From Octopus vulgaris (lineage: Eukaryota): a DNA stretch of 64,000 bases. This document shows, in pieces, positions 55,261-64,000 of the stretch. The notes below the pieces were generated by a model. The model saw only the letters and a list, made by a program, of their open reading frames with translations. It ran no database searches and was not told the origin of the DNA. The stretch's first letter is position 1, and every line of letters begins with the position of its first letter. Location of the stretch: positions 94,860,001 to 94,924,000 of the forward strand of contig OX597815.1 in assembly GCA_951406725.2 (NCBI GenBank). The letters run 5' to 3'. The position numbers and the translations under genes were made by a program.

Positions 55261-55394
55261 GTATATATATATATATATGTGTGTGTGTGTATATGTATAT
55301 ATATGTATATATACACATACATATATATATATATGTGTATATATATAAGTATATATATATGTATATATATATATGTGTGTGTGTATATATATAC

Positions 55395-55735
55395 AGGTGC
55401 AGGCGTGGCTGTGTGGCAAGAAGCTTGCTTCTCAACCGCATGGTTCTGGTTTCAGTCCCACTGCGTGGCACTTTAGATAAATGTCTTCTGCTATACCCTC
55501 TAATCGACTGAAGCCTTCTGAGTGGATTTGGTAGACGGAAACTGAAAAGAGGTTTAGTAACAGACAGACACAGACACACGTGTGCACACACTTCGTGAGA
55601 AAACACACATCAAATGCTACATAGAAGAAATACTAGTTTTCCAAAGAATAAGTTCTGGGGTCAATTTCTTCAACTAAAGACGGTGCTCCAGCATGGCCGC
55701 AGTCAAGTGTCTCAAACAAGTAAAATAATAAAAGA

Positions 55736-55737
<2 letters not shown>
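55395..55737 (+). mobile_element. SINE family A
   Basis: Head GGTGCAGGCGTGGCTGTGTGG..GGTTTCAGTCCC; tail CGGTGCTCCAGCATGGCCGCAGTCAA. Confidence 0.8.
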
Positions 55738-55759
<22 letters not shown>

Positions 55760-55766
<7 letters not shown>

Positions 55767-56510
55767 AATTCGATTAGAGATAAAACCACTATTATGCAAT
55801 TCAAACAGTGAAAAACATAAACCAAAACTTAAAAATAAATATAATTAATATAATATAAAAAATATGTAAAATATAAAATTTTAAATTTAGATTATTTAAG
55901 TTTAAAATTTTTAATTTATATTTATAAATTTTTATATTTTTTATATTTTTTAAATTTATAACTTTTGAAACTTTTAATTTTTTAATTTTTTAACTTATTA
56001 TTATTATTATTATTATTATTATCATTTTTATTTTTATGTTTTTCTATTTTTTAAAATTAATGTTAATTCGAATTGGGTTGTGGCCATGAAACGTACGTAG
56101 TAGTTTTACTTGTAATATTATATTAAACTTTTTAATACTTTTTGATAGTTATAAAAAAAATAAAAATTAAAAATAAAAATAAAAAATAAAAATAATAATA
56201 ATAATAAATTAAAAAATTAAAAGTTTAAAAATTTTTAAATTTAAAATTAAAAAAATATAAAAATTTATAAATATAAATTAAAATTTTTAAATTTAAATAA
56301 TCTAAATTTTAAATTTTATATTTTATGTATTTTGTATATTATATTAATTATATTTATTTTTATGTTTTGGATTATGTTTTTCACTGTTTAATTTGCATAA
56401 TAGTGGTTTTATTTCTAATTTAATTTAAATATATATTTACACTGAGAAATTTGATTTAATCCTAAATCTAATTTTCCCTGTAAGTTTGGATTTACTAACT
56501 AATATTATTA
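55760..56510. repeat. Extremely AT-rich ~670-bp imperfect palindrome with one-sided tail, between (TA)n tracts
   Basis: ATAAAACCACTATTATGCAA..AAACAGTGAAAAACATAA (~55780-55820) is the inverse of ~56372-56412; arms extend inward to ~56055 / ~56145. Confidence 0.85.
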
Positions 56511-56573
56511 TTATTTATATATATATATATATATATACATACATACATACATACATACATATATGTATATATG

Positions 56574-56642
<69 letters not shown>

Positions 56643-56912
56643 TAATAAGATAATGGTAACTAATATATATGGGTAATTATTTATCCTTATATTATTAATA
56701 ATGGAATTTTTCACTCCCTTATGACAAACCAGAGTTCTCCTTCTGAGGAATTAGTTTTGTAACACACATGGCAAATTTTTTTGGGGAAAATACGAATTTA
56801 TTCGTCTATATGGATTTGGCTTGTGGTTACTATCTCCTGCTATCTCCGATGGCGCGAAGTCGGGAAGCAAAAGGTATGTAAATAACATTTGCAAATTTAT
56901 CTAATGGAATGC

Positions 56913-56968
56913 TACGCTGAAGACGGGAATGAATTTATTTATAATTCTAACACAGAATCGCGTCTGTA
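56913..56968 (+). ncRNA. Decayed hammerhead-like motif in a TA-flanked segment (56640-57133)
   Basis: UACG-CUGAAGA-..GAAUU(7 nt)AAUUC..-GAAU-CGCG-UC-UGUA; one core substitution (GAAU) and a poor stem II base. Confidence 0.5.
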
Positions 56969-57128
56969 ACTGACCGAAGACTTTGTTTTCGTTATTTTTC
57001 CTTCTGATTTTACATATGTGAGTTACATGTATATGTTATATGTGGAGTTATGTTTGTAGAAAATAGAAATAAGCGGTCTTTGACTGCTATTTCTAAATTT
57101 TCGGTATGTGGCTAAGCAACCTGTTGCT

Positions 57129-57210
<82 letters not shown>

Positions 57211-57494
57211 TGTGCGTGTGAGAGAGATAGATAGATAGAATAGTGATTAAACTCTATCTGTACACAGCGGCACGCATGGACGCACACCTACAGACACACA
57301 CATGCACTTAAATGATCGTAGTGGATTGCCTTATGATTATTCTATCCCTTATACCACCTTAATGACCATACAAATATTTCGTCCTTTCTCCAACCCAGCT
57401 TTCACAAAAGTGTTTGTCACTATATATACTTATCAAAACCACATACATTATGTGTGACTGTGTATATGTATATCTATATATATACATATATATA

Positions 57495-57680
57495 TATTTC
57501 CTGTCTTCCCTTCCCTGGATCTTTCCTTCTCTGGATCTTTCCTTCTCCTATGTTTCCGACAAAGAGCTCCGCTCGAAATGTTAAATCCTCCTTCTTCGTT
57601 CTTTCCTGAGCGTCCAATAATACTATATTTGTTCCACGTCCTCACGTTGTTGTGTTTTTTTTGTGTTTTCTTGTTTGGAT

Positions 57681-57685
<5 letters not shown>
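57495..57685 (+). mobile_element. Family H1 copy (HHR with core substitutions, 57552-57586)
   Basis: GUUU-CCGACAA-A-GAGC(UCC)GCUC-GAAAUGUU-AAAU; ends GTTTGGATTAAC(TA)n. Confidence 0.75.
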
Positions 57686-57719
<34 letters not shown>

Positions 57720-57767
57720 CACATATTCTTTATCTCTGCTGGGGTGCATATATATATGTGGGGCGTG

Positions 57768-57800
<33 letters not shown>

Positions 57801-57839
57801 GTGTGCGTCTACCCATACATCTCTGCCCTCTCTGTCTTG

Positions 57840-57945
57840 GTGTCTGTATTGTCCCCCATCACCGCTTGACAACCAGAATTGAAGTATTTCCGTCTCCGTA
57901 AGTTAGTGGTTTGGCCAAAGACACCGACAGAGTATGCACCAGGCT
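57840..57945 (+). mobile_element. SINE family A body fragment (longer paralog at 58430-58635)
   Basis: GCTTGACAACCA..TTGAAGTATTTCCGTCTCCGTAA is shared by both. Confidence 0.7.
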
Positions 57946-58150
57946 CTGGTGGAGCGCTCTCTTCTCAGTAAGGGTCTGCACTTCATTCCATCCACTCCAT
58001 GCAGTAACGAGTTTCAGATCAGTGCTGATGTTCATAGCTTGTACGCTGCGTTAGGCTACATACACAATTCCACAACACGCACCTGCATCTAATGAAGAGA
58101 ACTGCTTCATTAACCTGGGCCGCCAACCATCCCACTGGATGTCTGCGTGA
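57946..58150 (+). pseudogene. N-terminal fragment of a Penelope-like ORF
   Basis: LVERSLLSKGLHFIPSTPCSNEFQISADVHSL resembles the E..LL.KGL.F.P.P motif found upstream of PLE RT domains. Confidence 0.6.
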
Positions 58151-59506
58151 AATTTCTTTCCTGTTATTTCATTCTGCTATAAGCGCATGCGTATATTTGC
58201 ATACTTATTTCTACATTTGGACAGATTTTTCCATAGGCATCATTAACTTTTTCACTCCTAATGCCTGTATGGTCTGAAAATGTAATTTTCTCAAATAAAG
58301 TGCTTTTCATGTTCACACACACACACACATACACACACACATACACACACACACACACACACGCACACACATATGTGCATGTGTATTTGTTAGTGTGTGT
58401 GCGCGTGCGTATGTGTGAGTGTGTGGCTTGGTGTCTGCATATGTCTCCAATCCCCGCTTGACAACCAATATTGAAGTATTTCCGTCTCCGTAACTTAGTG
58501 GTTCGGTCAAAGACACTGATAGACTAAGCGCCTGGCTTTAAGGGAAAATAATTACTGGGGTCCATTCGTTCGATAAAAAATCCTTCAAGGCGGTGCTCCA
58601 GCATCGCCGCATTGACTGAAACAAGCAAAAGATTAAAAATAAGATATTTGAAAACATACGCATACAGACGCTGGGTAAGAAATCGACATAGATATGTGTT
58701 TGGCTATATGCATGTATGTACATCTGTGTGCGTGTAATGTATGTTTGTGTGAGTAATCTATAACTTTATTGGATGCTGGAAGCTTGTAAACCCTTACTAT
58801 GAAATTCTCATTGCTTATATTCAGCGTTTTCTTAGAAATTGCATCATTATGCATCCTGTATTGAAAACTTTTCTTTTATATCTTATGTTATTTCTATTTG
58901 CTGCACTTCAGTAGATGCTTCATTTACAGATACTTTCTTTCTGTTGTCTTTTTGGTTTTTATCTTTCTCTTTTTTCTCCATTCAACGGGATCCATTTACT
59001 TTTTATCAGCTTCACTTTCGTCCTCATTTTACATCTTTTGCTAGATCTAGAATCACTGTCAGCATCCTTCTGGTGAATTTTACCATGGCAGGGCTCCATG
59101 TTGATTATTACATCCATTTTCGTTCAACACTTTGAATGCTTTCAGCATCTACGCTATTTTATCTCCTAGATATACTTCTTATTCTCCTTCATTTTCCCTA
59201 ATTTTTTTTCTTTTTATCGACTGTATTTACATAATTTTCGCTTTCGATAAGAACATTTTGCCTCGTCTTGTTTGGCATCATAAAACCCCCTTTTTCTACT
59301 CTCCATTAAATCGAAAACGTTGCATATCAAGTTTGTCAGCCTCTTGCTCTCGATGTCTTCCATTTGTTTGTGAATGCCACCTTTCAATATTGAGAGAAAC
59401 TTGGTACGCAGAAACACGAACAGAAGTGCGGCATGTGTGTGCATGTGCGTACAAATACACACAACACATATATATATGTATGTACGTATGTATGTATGTG
59501 TGTTTA

Positions 59507-59549
<43 letters not shown>

Positions 59550-59740
59550 TTATGAATACCAATGCAGATCTGTGTAACGTGTTACATCGCTGCTTGCCAA
59601 AAATGTAAGACCGAGCCATCATTCAGTGACTACTAGGTCGATAAAATAAGTGTTAGCGAGAAATATCTACTAAAGTCTATAAAACCGATTAAAACTGCTG
59701 GCAGTCCAATTACTGAGACGTCTAAAAGAATGACTCACTA

Positions 59741-59793
<53 letters not shown>

Positions 59794-62743
59794 TACACGC
59801 GCGTGCACACACACACCACACATACATTGGTGCCTTTGTGTGTGTGTGTGTGTGTGTGTGTAATTCATGTACACAGCTAAAAGCAACATATTAATGAAGC
59901 ATATCAATAAAACATTATGTTTCGTGTGTTACCACATCTAGTTGCTCAATTCTCTTGAGATACCAGTTTCTCGCTATTAAGCTATTTACTTTCTTTATAT
60001 AAAGTAATAAACACGTTGATTATTAGCCAACTTATAGATTCCCTGAAACTCATCGCAAGTATAGCTTTATTTATTATTCACAATTTACTTATTAATATAT
60101 CGAATTTGTCTAACAATTTATTTTCTTGGAGAAATAATATAATTATTTCGGGAAATTCATAAACGAATTCTTCCATACTATGTCATATAGTAATAACTTG
60201 ATAGTATCTTACTAAGCGGTTTATTGAGCTGACAGCTACATTTAAACAGAGAAAAGAGATATAAGAAAATTAAATACTCAAATGAAATGGTAGAATTCAA
60301 AATATTGATGAAAATGTGTAGCTATCTATTTTTGTCTACCTAACAGAATCGCCTGGACTTGAGCAGAATTCTGCAAAATATAACCCTCAAAGTATTGAAT
60401 ATAATACACTACACTTTGAAGATTCTAACCTACTGCAATCAAGTTTTGTACATTGTTTAGGTTTAAATATTGAGTCAAGCACTGAATTCGCTTTAATTAA
60501 TTTCTGCTAGTACCTCCCAGATTTCTCCAAATAAGACCCTGCGGTGTGGAATCCGAAACGAAACTGTTTAGTACTGCTTTCACATTTAAAAAAAAACCAA
60601 GTGTGTGTATAAACGCTAATGACCATAGTATACCTGTGAGGAGCAGGAACCGTAGATATTAGATTTGAGAGACATTGTGTCTTCCGTAACTCAACAGAAA
60701 ACAGAACCCGCTGAGATAATTTTTTAAAAATATTTATTCAATAGCTTTGTAATAAACTAAACTTTGTGTAGTACTTGTTATAATGAATGCAGTTAATTCG
60801 GCGCTATTTTGTTGTATATGTTTAATATTCATGTTTGAAATATAACACTCTTCAGAAACGACAACAAACGACAGAAGGGAAGCATAATTTAATGGCAGTT
60901 CCTATGCAAGTTTATAGATTATTACTGTTTATCAAAGCAATAAATTATCTTATGTGAGACATACATACTTGTTTCGTTAGCTTTTATTCAAAATAATCAG
61001 TGTTGTATCTAGGACAATTCATGAAATATATATGCAGCTCATAAAATTGGTGTTAATGGATGCTGTTCAGTTTGGGGAGATGAACGAAACAATATGAATT
61101 CGAAATTAGTTTATATTGATGTTACATAGACTAAATTTATTGATTAAAATGAAATAATTTACCTAATAATTTTATCTCTTAATTTGTTAATACCAAAAGT
61201 CAAAAATATCTCATGTCGACAATTAGTATGTACATAGATGTAGAAGCATAATTCTTGTATCAGTTTTAATGTCCTTTCTATTTTTATATAGTTTGTTGGA
61301 TTATGTATCCCTTCAGGTGTTGATATTAAATTTAATTTTTATCTTTACGCACTTAATTAAATTGAATATTTCTTGCTTAATAATACCCACTAGTTTTCTG
61401 CTGCTTCATCTTTAATGTATATTATTTATAACTGAATGAGGACAGCAAAATAATCTGTAAAAAATATCATGACAATAATCTTGTATTAAATCATCACCAC
61501 AACCATCAATGTTGTTCTCAATGTTTAGCACGCGGTCAATTTTGATTGAAAAAATAACTTTCGAATTATCCATAAAATAATAAAAAACACAGTCCCAGGG
61601 GATTAATCACGAAGACCTCATATCTACATTATTACTTGAAAGAAAAGGGGAAAAAATACCCGAGTAATACATATTTGACACGACATTGCTAAAAAACAGG
61701 CATGCAAAATTATACGTTTCGGCTTACTTTAAATGTTACACTGGCTAAGATACTTTAATCACTAACTATAAGATGTACTATTCCGAACATTTCTATCATT
61801 CCATACATATTACAACGGCCTGCGCTAGAAAACCCTGTATGCAACCTATCCCATGTATGATTCTCCCTTTCATTTGCTATTCAATCTGGCGTTACATCTA
61901 GAATTAACTCAACACTCTTCCTTCAACCATTTCATCGGATATTGTAGATGGCTTCTACAAAACTTCTCCACCGCCTTATTCTTCCAAAGGTCGAGCTAAT
62001 GACGATTTAATCAAGGATAAATCACATCTATCTTAATTAAGTTTTCAGAGAATGTACAATTTGTAACAACTGCTTATTCTCACTGAATATTTTGTGAAGA
62101 TGTTTATGCATTTAAGCCTTCTGTTTTTCTTTATCTTCGCGTGTTTCTTGCATTGAACTGCACATTTCCAAGTGTAACCAGTTAAAGGGACCTAATAAAT
62201 CATACTGACCGCTTACGTATATCAATCTGCTATTTAACTTTATGATATGGGTTTGTTGATTCGTGAAATTATGCTTTATAGCACAGGAAAAGTTTTACAC
62301 CGATAAACATAACCACAAATATAGATGCAGACAAAAGCACGCATACACTCACAGACACACACATACAAACATACAAACACACATCAAACGCACACGAGCA
62401 CACGTATATATGAGAACGAGGGGTGTTCGTCAAGTGGTGATTAGTCAATAAACTTATATGTAAGGACAATATGTTGCAACGATTTTAGAGGCGAAGTAAC
62501 AAAGTATATTTACATCTATAATATTTCGCAGATGTTGTTTATGTTTCAAGTCTCGAGTATAAAGAAGTTGCTTTAAACACACACATATTCATATATATAT
62601 ATATATATGTATATGCATGTGTGTGTGTATGTATGTATGTATGTATGTATGTATGTATGTATGTATGTATGTATGTATGTATGTATGTATGTATGTGTGT
62701 ATGTATGTATGTATGTGTGTATGTATGTATGTGTGTATGTATA

Positions 62744-62788
<45 letters not shown>

Positions 62789-63049
62789 ATATAATTCTTT
62801 AAACTGTTTCTGCTTTAAAGCTGCGTCATGCTGGGACACTACCGTTATATTCTTTTATTCGTTTACCGTGCAACTACAGTCATGCTGGAGCACCACCGTG
62901 CTATAAGCTAAGAGATTAGCATACTTTCACTAAATAATGACATTTGGTTAAACAGTATGAGCAAACGACATTTACTTGTGATGAATATAGTCTACATTTC
63001 ACTGGTATGTATGTATATATGTATGTATGAATGTATGTGTATATCTGTA

Positions 63050-63114
<65 letters not shown>

Positions 63115-64000
63115 AGGTGAGTATATATATTTATGTATATACACACATATATGCTTTCATACGCAAATGCTTATGCATTTATACACACACACACTCACAC
63201 GCATCACACAAGGAAAGAAAACCGAATTAATTTGGACAGGCAGCAGCAAACATAACAATATATGAATTTAGAAACGTAGAACAAGTATTAGAAACATATA
63301 GGTAAATAACGCTGTAAAAGTCAAGAATTGAAAATTAATGCTGGAATAACTGAGAAAATGTAGTAGTGGTTCATATGTAAAAAATAAAATAGATCTTAGT
63401 TGAGCAAGAAACTGAATTGATATAAAATTTACATGCCTTTGCGTTGCAGTCTTAGTGTAAATACATATATTTGGATAGTCGAATACTAGGGTCGGATGTG
63501 AAAGAAATATGATTCTGAGTGGGAAGAATGAGAATGAAGACGAAAGCAATGAGAAGGGGGTATGTAGGAGTAGAGAGAGCTGAACTTTTTAGAGATGTTA
63601 AGAAGGAAGCGTGTCAGGATAAAGGGAGAGACGGGTGGAAGAGTTGACGAGGGAATCGTATGAGAGCATTGTGTACAGTGCAGCATTAGCTAACATCTTA
63701 TGTTGTTGCTAAATATGAAGATAGGCCGAAACGTTCCTGGGTGACTATGAAAGAGGGATGCTCGAGCTATGAAATCTTGCATGTATTTCATCACCTCTTA
63801 TTAAAACTATTGTTTTATTCAAGGTAATCTGATTGCTAAAAGAAGGATTTAAAGGTAACTAGTAGCGACATCCCTTGAAAATCGACAAAATTTGGTATCG
63901 TAGTGTTAACAAGTACCTGCAGGAAAGAAAGGATTTAGCTCTTAAGGTCATTCATGCTACCATGCTTACTACAGTAAAGGATGACGCTCCAGCTTTATCA

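Noticed and set aside
59900-64000. Unique-looking AT-rich sequence and a purine-rich stretch at 63480-63690
   Set aside because: No ORF, repeat structure or motif that I could identify; small exons cannot be excluded.

Overview
This is 64 kb of AT-rich, microsatellite-dense eukaryotic DNA with no host gene that I can support, so it is probably intronic or intergenic. The repeat landscape resembles a coleoid cephalopod such as Octopus (inference). Most ORF-track entries are translations of simple repeats. The recognisable content is: (1) six R4/Dong-type non-LTR retrotransposon copies (RT + CCHC + restriction-like endonuclease), most abutting (TAA)n-type tracts; (2) CR1-group and Tx1/L1-like LINE remnants; (3) Tc1/mariner relics, MITEs and a long-TIR foldback element; (4) several tRNA-derived SINE families. 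The most notable signal is a dense set of Penelope-like element (PLE) remnants in or next to (TA)n tracts. They form inverted or partial-tandem pseudo-LTR palindromes and carry type I hammerhead ribozyme (HHR) motifs of about six sequence families. These include near-canonical copies with compensatory base changes, a C9 core variant, a U6 core variant, a reconstructed G3:C8 covariant, and a tRNA-headed SINE with an HHR-like tail. All folds and alignments were done by eye, element boundaries are approximate, and activity is untested.
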